Virus record (IMG/VR): IMGVR_UViG_3300028275_000006
Location: 1 to 64,000 of that record
DNA length: 64,000 bases
Direction: 5' to 3' (one strand)
Of the stretch, positions 55,366-63,464 are shown in pieces. The position numbers and the translations under genes were made by a program. Each line of letters starts with the position of its first letter. The first letter of the stretch is position 1. Below the pieces are notes generated by a model. It was not told the origin of the DNA and made no database searches. It worked only from the letters and a program-made list of their open reading frames with translations.

Positions 55366-57144
55366 TTACTTTGCTGGAGCCGCAGGTGCTGCCGCAGGAG
55401 CCGCAGGTTGTTGTCCGCCTGCTGCCTTAGCCTTTTTAAGTTTGTCTAACTTGGAAATTACAACATCTAGACGTTTTTGGACATCTGCTGGTAAGCCTGC
55501 TTTGATTGCAGGATCTTGTCCATATTGATCTAGAACTTTCAAATGCTTCTGTAGTTCTGCTAGATCTTTTGGATCCATTTCAATGTCACCGCCGCTAAAT
55601 GCTTTCCATAGTGCGCCTAGTGCCAATGCCCCACCAACAGCGGCAGTTGCAATAGCCGCTTTTGGATTCTTTAGTACACCAAGTGCCTTTGATCCTGCGC
55701 CTTTGACAAAGTCCATGGCACGTTGTCCCCAACTTGGTTTTGGAGTAATGTCTCTGAATGGAACATCGATGACGTTTGGATTAGCACCACCTGGTGTAGA
55801 TAGTGCCGGTAGTTTGCCGCCAGGACCAGGTAGTGCTGGCACAGGTGCTTCACTTAGATAATCTCTTGTAATAGCAATTTGTTCTGCTTCGCTAAAGTAT
55901 TTGATATTTTTCATAACAAACGCTCTTGCTTCGTTTTCAGTCATTGCTAATACATCTTCTTCAGTTACACTTTCAGAAATTTTGTACTTAGTAACGATTG
56001 CTTCGATAGCAGTTAATGATTGTGTTAACTGACTACGTGCAACGATATTTTTACCGTCTGCCAATAGTGTAGATAGTTCAGGAGTAACTTTACCAGTTTC
56101 TGGTTTGCCTGCCATCTTTTCAAATGCTTTAATACCAGCAACAGTTTTAGGACCCATCTTACCATCGATTGGACCAGGGTCAACACCTAATGCTTTTAGT
56201 TGTTCTTGAATTTTCTGAATTGCAGGATCTGCACCAGCAGTCTTCTTATCTTGTGCAGTCTTATCTTGTGCAGTCTTGTCTTGAGATGCTTTAGTATCAG
56301 CGGCAACTTTATCTGCTTCTGCACTTGCGGCATCTAAGTCTTTATCCATCTTTGCATCGTATTTTGCTTTTTCGGCTGCTTCAACATCTGCAACAGTTTT
56401 CTTAGCATCATCGATTGCTTTACGTACTTCTGGATCATCTCCTAAAGTTTCTAATTCGTCAATTAACGCATTAATTTGATCTGCCACTGCCTTGGCTTCT
56501 GGACTTAGTTGCTCTTGCATTGGTACATCACCAACTACGTCTTGGAATTCTCTCATCAATGATTCAAAGATACTTCCTTCACCAACTTTTAATCCACCAA
56601 GTTTTGGAGCATTAGCAGTCATGCCTGGCATCTTAAGTCCAGTTCCGCTACTTGCTGTTCCGGTATCTGATCCACCAGTAATAGATTGTAACTTTTTAAC
56701 CAAGTCCGCTAATTGCGGAAGTTTTTCTGCTTTAATTTCGGCAGTCTGGCGATCTTTATTAACTTTGTCACTAGTACCTTTAACTGCGGTATCGTGTTCG
56801 CCTTTGTCGTCGCCACGGAACATACGTCCTAGTGCTGTAGATGTTTTTGCGTTTTGTGGAACTAAACCTAGATCTGCAAGTGTTTTATCTGCGCTTGATG
56901 TTGCAGTTGCGGCAATACTGTATTTGCCACCCATGCTGTTTGGCTGTCCTTGCTTGCCAACAAAGTAACCGCTAACAGGATCATACAAACCTGGTAGTTT
57001 GTGTTTCCATGCTAGGTCATTAAGGATCTCTGCACGTTCTTGCTCGTCTGATTTACCAGCAACTGCGGCTTCAACGTCTTTGATTGTGATAGCCTCTGCA
57101 AGTACTACAGTATCCAATTTGTTTAGAATTGATCTAATATCCAT
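55366..57144 (-). CDS. putative head-internal/ejection protein with a peptidoglycan-binding domain
   Basis: IQEQLKALG..PGPIDGKMGPKTVAGIKAF (PG_binding_1 pattern); leader MDIRSILNKLD..LAE; late promoter upstream. Confidence 0.65.
   Translation of the reverse strand: MDIRSILNKLDTVVLAEAITIKDVEAAVAGKSDEQERAEILNDLAWKHKLPGLYDPVSGYFVGKQGQPNSMGGKYSIAATATSSADKTLADLGLVPQNAKTSTALGRMFRGDDKGEHDTAVKGTSDKVNKDRQTAEIKAEKLPQLADLVKKLQSITGGSDTGTASSGTGLKMPGMTANAPKLGGLKVGEGSIFESLMREFQDVVGDVPMQEQLSPEAKAVADQINALIDELETLGDDPEVRKAIDDAKKTVADVEAAEKAKYDAKMDKDLDAASAEADKVAADTKASQDKTAQDKTAQDKKTAGADPAIQKIQEQLKALGVDPGPIDGKMGPKTVAGIKAFEKMAGKPETGKVTPELSTLLADGKNIVARSQLTQSLTAIEAIVTKYKISESVTEEDVLAMTENEARAFVMKNIKYFSEAEQIAITRDYLSEAPVPALPGPGGKLPALSTPGGANPNVIDVPFRDITPKPSWGQRAMDFVKGAGSKALGVLKNPKAAIATAAVGGALALGALWKAFSGGDIEMDPKDLAELQKHLKVLDQYGQDPAIKAGLPADVQKRLDVVISKLDKLKKAKAAGGQQPAAPAAAPAAPAK
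56245..56289. repeat. 15-bp tandem repeat encoding QDKTA
   Basis: CTTATCTTGTGCAGT twice plus one degenerate copy. Confidence 0.8.
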
Positions 57145-57170
57145 TTGTTTGTCCCCAAAATCTTATTAAG

Positions 57171-57178
57171 TATTTATC
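57171..57178 (-). promoter_or_regulatory. late promoter GATAAATA
   Basis: 26 nt upstream of the start at 57144. Confidence 0.65.
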
Positions 57179-57180
57179 AG

Positions 57181-57266
57181 TGCTCACTTTAAATCGTCAG
57201 GGTAGCGAATCCGTTGATTAGCCCAGCAGCCGGGCACATAACCCCAAACGGTCCTAGGGTATGTTC
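57181..57266 (-). ncRNA. candidate pseudoknotted structured RNA
   Basis: GC-rich non-coding island; three stems plus a loop CCGUU/AACGG pseudoknot. Confidence 0.5.
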
Positions 57267-57365
57267 TTACAATTCATAAGGAATTCCGGCTAATCCGCAT
57301 CCAAAGCGAGCTAACCCTTCTACAATGTCATTAAACAGGGCTGTAAGGGTTTCTCGGACGGTCAT
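57267..57365 (-). CDS. small ORF, 32 aa (MTVRETLTALFNDIVEGLARFGCGLAGIPYEL)
   Basis: GAGGA SD 8 nt upstream; below the ORF-track cutoff. Confidence 0.45.
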   Translation of the reverse strand: MTVRETLTALFNDIVEGLARFGCGLAGIPYEL

Positions 57366-57405
57366 AGCCATCTTCCTCTGGGTAAACTGGATATTCGTTT
57401 TCCAT
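57331..57405 (-). CDS. small ORF, 24 aa (MENEYPVYPEEDGYDRPRNPYSPV)
   Basis: Start overlaps the dps stop codon (TAATG). Confidence 0.4.
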   Translation of the reverse strand: MENEYPVYPEEDGYDRPRNPYSPV

Positions 57406-57839
57406 TATTTTAGAGTTGCTCGCAACATCCATGAATGTTTGCGATGAGCATCTTGACGATCTGCTAGGAAATTAGCAAGACCAAATTCATTGTTTGTTTC
57501 TGCAATTTTGTACACTAGGCCAAATAAGTTAGCCATTTTATCAGAGTCTTCTAATAAAATTTGTGTCATAGATAGTGCATCTGGAATCTCTGTTTCATCA
57601 TCAATTTTAGTAAGCATAGTGAAACGTTCAAAACTACCAGGAGTGTAACTACCACTCTTGCGAATATTTTCTGCAAAAGTATCTATACTTCCATATACTT
57701 CTTCGTAGATGTTACCAAATAGTTCATGAAATTCTGCAAAATCAGGTCCTTCTACGTTCCAGTGAAAGTAGTGTGCCTTTAGATAAAAACTAAATTCTGA
57801 TGCGAATACTATTTTAAGTGCTTTTGCTAATTCTTCCAT
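57405..57839 (-). CDS. dps: Dps / ferritin-like protein
   Basis: AHYFHWNVEGPDFAEFHELF...DTFAENIR; HRKHSWML. Confidence 0.93.
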   Translation of the reverse strand: MEELAKALKIVFASEFSFYLKAHYFHWNVEGPDFAEFHELFGNIYEEVYGSIDTFAENIRKSGSYTPGSFERFTMLTKIDDETEIPDALSMTQILLEDSDKMANLFGLVYKIAETNNEFGLANFLADRQDAHRKHSWMLRATLK

Positions 57840-58073
57840 TTATGCCACCTGTGCTACTGCGTATACGGCTGTGACTAACATAGTTTTTAAATTTATGTCG
57901 TCTGCCTCTTCTTCTAATTTATCTGTTCTGACTAGGTCTAGCATTAATTCTCTAAACTCGTCTTCGCCTATTTGTCCTTGCTGACGTGCTTCACATATCT
58001 GCAATGCCACTGCGGCACGTTCAGCCGCCCATGGGCGACCACATTGTGTTAACATCTGCAACTGTTCTATCAT
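57840..58073 (-). CDS. hypothetical protein
   Basis: 77 aa, coupled to the lipoprotein gene. Confidence 0.6.
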   Translation of the reverse strand: MIEQLQMLTQCGRPWAAERAAVALQICEARQQGQIGEDEFRELMLDLVRTDKLEEEADDINLKTMLVTAVYAVAQVA

Positions 58074-58459
58074 TAGAATCTCCCAAGAACTGCACTAGCG
58101 GCTTTATCCGCTTGTGTAGCCATTAATTTCTTTTTAATTTCGCAGTAAGTTTCGCTACCCTGCTTTTCTGTACTGCGTTTATAAAAGTCATCTACAGTTT
58201 CCTGCATAGGTTTAACTAACTTAAGAACGTCCTGTTGACGCCAACCTTTGCTTTCACTATAAAGTTGAAACCATTCTAAATTATCTTTGATAATTTTAAC
58301 CTGTGGTGCGTGTGCTTGTTTACAATCTAATTGTGCTACACTTTGACGCACGTCTATAATACGTGCTGATTGATTAGGATCGCTGAAACTAGGAATCCAA
58401 CTCTTAACAGTAGCGCAACCTGTTAATGATATTGCTAATGCTAAGACAAGGGCTCTCAT
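58073..58459 (-). CDS. putative lipoprotein
   Basis: Lipobox LTGC after the hydrophobic leader MRALVLALAIS. Confidence 0.7.
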   Translation of the reverse strand: MRALVLALAISLTGCATVKSWIPSFSDPNQSARIIDVRQSVAQLDCKQAHAPQVKIIKDNLEWFQLYSESKGWRQQDVLKLVKPMQETVDDFYKRSTEKQGSETYCEIKKKLMATQADKAASAVLGRF

Positions 58460-59331
58460 TTTCCATCCTTGACACAGTTATCAACAGTCTTACCGCCTTT
58501 CTGTTTGGTACCCATACGTTTGTAACCATCCCAGCAAGCCTTACCATCGACACCTTTTTGCTTTTCTTCTGCTAATGTAAGGTAGTCTAAGAAAGATTTT
58601 TTAGTTTCCATAGTTGCTGGTTGTTGCTGTTGTACTACGTGTGTGGCAGCACCGTCAGGAACAGATGCTGTATTAGTTACATTCTTGTTAGCATCTTGTT
58701 GACGTCTAACTTTTGCAACACCTAAATCGTATTCGGCATCACTGGCACCTGTTTCCTTGCCAGTTTTGTCATAGGTCTTAACAACATTTAATGGACCGTT
58801 CATATACTTTACAGTAATATTGCCAGTGACTAAATCGTGTTCCTGACTATAGCCGTTAAACATTGGACTAGAATATTTGATTGCTTTACCTGCTTTGTCG
58901 TAGGTAAATGAACCAAACCCGCTATCGTGTACTCTAGTACCGTCTTGCTTTACTGTAAGTTTCTCACCGCCTTCTAAATCGTAACGACCTGGTTTAGAAA
59001 AATCGCCCTGTGGAAATGCAGGAGCATTTGGAATTTGTAGATTGGGTTTAAAACCCGGCTCCCCAGGTCTGCCTGCTTCTTCTAGATCGCTGTCTTCTTT
59101 TTTATTTGCAGTTTTAATATTATACATCTTAGCCACTGCTTTTTCATCATACGGTCTAAAGTCGCTGAGTTTTTCTTTTGCGGCATCAGCGGCAGACGCA
59201 ACTTTGTCAGCAACTGTTTTTAATGTATTGTTTTCCTGCACAATAGACACGAAACGGCGCATGTCATTTGCGCCTTCTACTCTACGACTAGATGCTTTAT
59301 CTAGTGCTTGTAAAATTTGTTTCATGTCCAT
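58456..59331 (-). CDS. putative head-internal protein
   Basis: Leader MDMKQILQALD; Glu-delimited segments; C-terminal CWDGYKRMGT..GGKTVDNCVK module. Confidence 0.55.
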   Translation of the reverse strand: MDMKQILQALDKASSRRVEGANDMRRFVSIVQENNTLKTVADKVASAADAAKEKLSDFRPYDEKAVAKMYNIKTANKKEDSDLEEAGRPGEPGFKPNLQIPNAPAFPQGDFSKPGRYDLEGGEKLTVKQDGTRVHDSGFGSFTYDKAGKAIKYSSPMFNGYSQEHDLVTGNITVKYMNGPLNVVKTYDKTGKETGASDAEYDLGVAKVRRQQDANKNVTNTASVPDGAATHVVQQQQPATMETKKSFLDYLTLAEEKQKGVDGKACWDGYKRMGTKQKGGKTVDNCVKDGK

Positions 59332-59335
59332 GATA

Positions 59336-60751
59336 TTATAGGCCTGATAAGAATTTCAAACGAGATAAGTCAGTAGATTCTTTAACTGTTTCTTTTTTCT
59401 TATCTGCTTTGCCGCCCATTTCGTCTTTGCCTAAACGACCAGCAACTACATCACCTTTGGTTACTTTGTCATATGGTTTAGCATTGTTGGCTAAGTTACC
59501 ATCGCCCTTTTTCTTTTCAGCAACAACTTTTCTAACAATAGACTTAACTAGGTTAGATTCTTGTACTGCTGGCGTAGGAGCAGTTGTACCACCTTCGGCT
59601 TCTAATTTCTTTCTAAGAGCACTAATAGTTCTTGCTAAGTTTGTCTTATCGGCACCTGTAGCAGTTTTGTATTGTTCTTCGTATTTTGCGAGTGCTTTTG
59701 CAGTTGGGCTATCTGCTTCAGCACCTTCTTTAAATGCTGGATTTGTAGGACCAGGAGTCTTTTCGCTCCACTCTTTACCCTTGTTTGGACCAGAAGTTAC
59801 TTTTGGATACTTGCCAGTCTTTGGATCTTTCTTAGGAGCGGCTGTAGCACCATCTGGTGGGCTCATTACTTGACCTTCGTCAGTTTTCTTTTTCTTTTCT
59901 GGAAGACCTTTATGCTTTGTACTAGCAAAGTCTTTGGCATCTTTGTCTTTCATGCCTTTAGCAACTTTAGCAACTTCCTTACTGGCTGGCTTTTCGCCTT
60001 TCTTTGCGGCGTGTACCATGCCCATAAATTTTTGTTGTGCTTTGCTTACAGCCTTTTCGACTACTTGTGTAAGGGCTTCCTTAATCATCTTGTCTTTTTC
60101 TTTCTTGTTCTTGGCGTCTTTTTCAGCCTTGGCAATTTTTTCTGCGGCTTCGTCGATTTCATCCTTAACACGGATGCTGGCCACAGTCCAACCTGGATTG
60201 TCGCGTTTCATACGATCACGTACTTCGCCTTGGCTTTCGCCTTCGTCGGCAACAGTAGTAACACCACGAGTTTTGTTATCTTTTTCAAGTTTAACAAAGT
60301 ATTGTTTCTTTTCTGATTTATCAACTTGACCTTTCTTTTTGTCAGTTGCACGTACACCAGACGCTTCTTTAACAGCACCTTCTAACAAGGATGCTAATTT
60401 TTGTTCATATGTAGTCATTTCGTCAATTTTCCTTTCTTCGTCATCCATGTCAGACACTGGCTCTTCGCTTGGTAGCTCTTGTTCAGCATCACCTGTAATG
60501 TCGTCGATGTTGGATGCGTTGCTGCCATCGCCGAACTTAACTTGGTACTCCATATAGTGATATACACTATCTAAGTAATCTGCAGATTTAGTAATTTTAG
60601 CCTGTACCCAACCTTCTAAATCTTGTCCGTCTTGAATCATTTGGAACAATTTCATAGAGTACTTTGCGGCTCTATATAGTTCTGAACGTGCCATAGCCCC
60701 TTCGTGGTCGTCCACTGGTCCTGGCATAACTGGTCTCATCTGGTCGTGCAT
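59336..60751 (-). CDS. putative head-internal polyprotein
   Basis: Late promoter upstream; many Lys-rich modules each starting after a Glu. Confidence 0.55.
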   Translation of the reverse strand: MHDQMRPVMPGPVDDHEGAMARSELYRAAKYSMKLFQMIQDGQDLEGWVQAKITKSADYLDSVYHYMEYQVKFGDGSNASNIDDITGDAEQELPSEEPVSDMDDEERKIDEMTTYEQKLASLLEGAVKEASGVRATDKKKGQVDKSEKKQYFVKLEKDNKTRGVTTVADEGESQGEVRDRMKRDNPGWTVASIRVKDEIDEAAEKIAKAEKDAKNKKEKDKMIKEALTQVVEKAVSKAQQKFMGMVHAAKKGEKPASKEVAKVAKGMKDKDAKDFASTKHKGLPEKKKKTDEGQVMSPPDGATAAPKKDPKTGKYPKVTSGPNKGKEWSEKTPGPTNPAFKEGAEADSPTAKALAKYEEQYKTATGADKTNLARTISALRKKLEAEGGTTAPTPAVQESNLVKSIVRKVVAEKKKGDGNLANNAKPYDKVTKGDVVAGRLGKDEMGGKADKKKETVKESTDLSRLKFLSGL

Positions 60752-60772
60752 GGTTAAAATCTCCTGGTGTTG

Positions 60773-60780
60773 TATTTATC
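60773..60780 (-). promoter_or_regulatory. late promoter GATAAATA
   Basis: 21 nt upstream of the start at 60751. Confidence 0.65.
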
Positions 60781-61435
60781 GTTTTGCTATACTGCCGCCT
60801 GTTAACAGATTAGCCTTCATATCTAGGGCATTTTTAGCAGTACCGTCTTTATTTTTAGGTGTTTTTCCGGCTTTATTTTTGTATACAGGACCCACACTAA
60901 CCATACCTGCACTAGTGCCTCCCGGTGTTGCAGTTTCGTCAAACTTATCGATTCCACGACTCTGCATTCCGCCCTTCTTACGTTTAGCGGCTAATTCTTC
61001 TAAACCGTGACGTACTTGCTCTAAATTCTGTTCTAAACCCATGAACATGCCGCCTTTGGCTAACTTAGTAATTTGATGCCAAGTTGCTAGGTCATCGCTT
61101 TCTGCCATACGTGCTAATTCTTGTAACTGTTTACGTGTTTGCAAAATGCGTCCTTTTAACGTCATAGGATTTGCTTTATTGTGACTGTGAATCATAGGAT
61201 CCATAGGATCATCTGTAGCGGCAATAGGTGCTTCTAAGGTAAGTTGATCTGCAACAGTTTCGCTCATCTGTGCCATTTGTACAGCCTGCGCGGCCAATCT
61301 TGCAGGAATACCTTCTTTAACAAGTTTATCCTGTGCTTGTTGTTCGCTTAGTCCTTGTGCTAATAATGCCTTGGCACGTTTAGCCAAAGCCATCATATCA
61401 ATAACACCTTCGTTTATAATGTCTATCAATCTCAT
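60776..61435 (-). CDS. putative head-internal protein
   Basis: Leader MRLIDIINE; C-terminal ETATPGGTSAG module. Confidence 0.55.
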   Translation of the reverse strand: MRLIDIINEGVIDMMALAKRAKALLAQGLSEQQAQDKLVKEGIPARLAAQAVQMAQMSETVADQLTLEAPIAATDDPMDPMIHSHNKANPMTLKGRILQTRKQLQELARMAESDDLATWHQITKLAKGGMFMGLEQNLEQVRHGLEELAAKRKKGGMQSRGIDKFDETATPGGTSAGMVSVGPVYKNKAGKTPKNKDGTAKNALDMKANLLTGGSIAKR

Positions 61436-63177
61436 TTCTTTTTTCCTTGACGCATATTAATTTGCCAGTGTGCTAATTGTTTTTTACGTGGACTAGCAGA
61501 ATCGCTACTGCGTATCTTTTTTAACTGTGCTATGCTCATGCCTTTAGTGATGCCGTGACGTTTACTATCACCTTTATCTTGTGGATTTTTTCCATCGGCA
61601 AAGTTTTCATCTACATTAAATGTCGGATCAACTTTTTGACGCGGCATATTCTTAGGCCGCTTTGGATCAACCGGGTCAATGTCTGTGGTATCAAGGCCCA
61701 ACTTTTTCAAAGCCGCAATATATTTGTGCTCTTCTTCTTCACTGCCAAAAGATACAATAGTACTAGGAGGCCCTTTACCAAAATCTTTATTTGATAAATT
61801 TTTTAAGTTGGCAATATTCTTACCTAACTTGTACCAATCATACACATCACTTACATCAACTCTAACAGTGCCTCTAGGCATTGTAGGTTTAATTTCAGGA
61901 CCTCTTGGTTTTTCATTAGGGTGCTGGTCTTCTTCTGCGTGTTTAAAATATTGTACTTGACGTTCACGTTTCTCTGCACCGGCGCGAGTTGGATACTTAC
62001 CTAAGTTCTTATTACCATGTTTGCTTTTTAATTCGTAACCGCCTTTAACTTTAACAATATGTTCGTTAAACTGTTCTGGATTCATTTTACCCCAGTAACG
62101 TAGCAATACTCCAGCAAGAGCATTGGCTTCGTTTTCGTCTGGACTGCCAGTTGCACCATCTAATTCTCTTGCTTCGTTTTGTTTGCGATGCACTAATTCG
62201 TGTGCTAGTGTTCGCATAATATCCATTTGATGTCTATCTTTAACAGATACAACTATGTCTTGTGTTTCAGGATCAAAGTATCCAAGTGCAGTAGTCTTTG
62301 TATCACCTACTAATTTAATACGTGGTGCTTGTTCTATTTCTAAAAGTTTGATAGCCCATAATGCAAAGTCTTTGATACGTTGCTTTTTATCTGGAGTCCA
62401 TGCTTCCATCAATCCGCCGCCGTCACCGCCGTCTCCCGCAGGCACACTACCTACACCACTGTAGCCTGCATCGGTACCATATAGTCCGTAAGGACCTGGT
62501 CCATATAACGCACCGTATTTGTTTCTGCGTTTTTTCTTACGACCTTCGTCTACATCTTTGTCACCACTAGTGGCAATTAATTTTCCTTGACTTCTATCTA
62601 GACTTTTTAACTGCTGTGGTTCGTGTTCTTCTTCACCTTGTCCCACACGTTTAGCACGTTTAAGTCCATCTAATATTACTTGTAAACTATCTTCGTCTGC
62701 TTGATATTTGATACCAATACCGCCAGCGGCTTCCCAAGCACTGATATTACTACCTCTGTCGTCAATTAATACGTTAGGCATTCCGCTAGGATTTCTAGCG
62801 TACTTGGCTTTGTTTGAAACAATGTAAATGTTGTCTGGCAGTTGATTTAAGTGTTCATCGATCCAAATACGTTTGTATTTTTCACTGCCTTCGTGGTCGC
62901 CGCGTAATGGGCTAGAACAAATATTGTAGCCACCGGCCACATCAACTACAATATCAATTAGTTTGTCTGCTGTAGGAAACTTTGGTAGACGTGCAAAAAA
63001 GTCTGTTCCTACCATTTTGTTTAATGTAGGATCAGTCTTCGCTGGTGGAATGTCTCTGTAGTTTCCGCTTTTAATGCCAGCAAGTTTAGCATACTCTGTG
63101 AAAAAGTCTGCAAGAACTCCGTCCATGTCTACATAGACTTCCATGCCTTGGGGTAATTCTAAATCGCTTGCTCTCAT
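61432..63177 (-). CDS. multidomain protein: HAD 5'(3')-deoxyribonucleotidase, HEXXH (ImmA/IrrE-like) domain and basic modules
   Basis: YVDMDGVLADF...LIDDR; RTLAHELVHRKQ...ENEANALAG. Confidence 0.8.
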   Translation of the reverse strand: MRASDLELPQGMEVYVDMDGVLADFFTEYAKLAGIKSGNYRDIPPAKTDPTLNKMVGTDFFARLPKFPTADKLIDIVVDVAGGYNICSSPLRGDHEGSEKYKRIWIDEHLNQLPDNIYIVSNKAKYARNPSGMPNVLIDDRGSNISAWEAAGGIGIKYQADEDSLQVILDGLKRAKRVGQGEEEHEPQQLKSLDRSQGKLIATSGDKDVDEGRKKKRRNKYGALYGPGPYGLYGTDAGYSGVGSVPAGDGGDGGGLMEAWTPDKKQRIKDFALWAIKLLEIEQAPRIKLVGDTKTTALGYFDPETQDIVVSVKDRHQMDIMRTLAHELVHRKQNEARELDGATGSPDENEANALAGVLLRYWGKMNPEQFNEHIVKVKGGYELKSKHGNKNLGKYPTRAGAEKRERQVQYFKHAEEDQHPNEKPRGPEIKPTMPRGTVRVDVSDVYDWYKLGKNIANLKNLSNKDFGKGPPSTIVSFGSEEEEHKYIAALKKLGLDTTDIDPVDPKRPKNMPRQKVDPTFNVDENFADGKNPQDKGDSKRHGITKGMSIAQLKKIRSSDSASPRKKQLAHWQINMRQGKKK

Positions 63178-63461
63178 TTTTTATTTACCGGTTTTTCGCC
63201 TGTCATGTAAGGTAAACTAAACCATAACTGAAACCACTCAGGTGTTCCAGGTTTAATGTTTTGTTCTCTCTGTATTCTGCCTTTATCACTGCCAGTAACA
63301 CTGATGTTACTGCCCTGATACTCGTGTAGTCTTGCGGCATGACCTAAGCCTGCAAGATACTGCATAGATTTAATTTCGTATATAGGATCAGAAGGATCAA
63401 GTAAGCAGTCGTCTGGACTGTCTTGATTTAAATTTTCTGTACTGATTCTATATTGTTTCAT
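63174..63461 (-). CDS. hypothetical protein
   Basis: 95 aa, IKPGTPEWFQLWF. Confidence 0.6.
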   Translation of the reverse strand: MKQYRISTENLNQDSPDDCLLDPSDPIYEIKSMQYLAGLGHAARLHEYQGSNISVTGSDKGRIQREQNIKPGTPEWFQLWFSLPYMTGEKPVNKK

Positions 63462-63464
63462 TTA

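Noticed and set aside
57194-57200. Hammerhead ribozyme core CUGACGA on the minus strand
   Set aside because: No stem II followed by GAAA and no stem III/UH arrangement
59409-60557. Plus-strand ORFs of 72-214 aa
   Set aside because: Antisense shadows of a low-complexity, Lys-rich minus-strand gene; no SD or motifs. The same applies to the other antisense ORFs inside long genes
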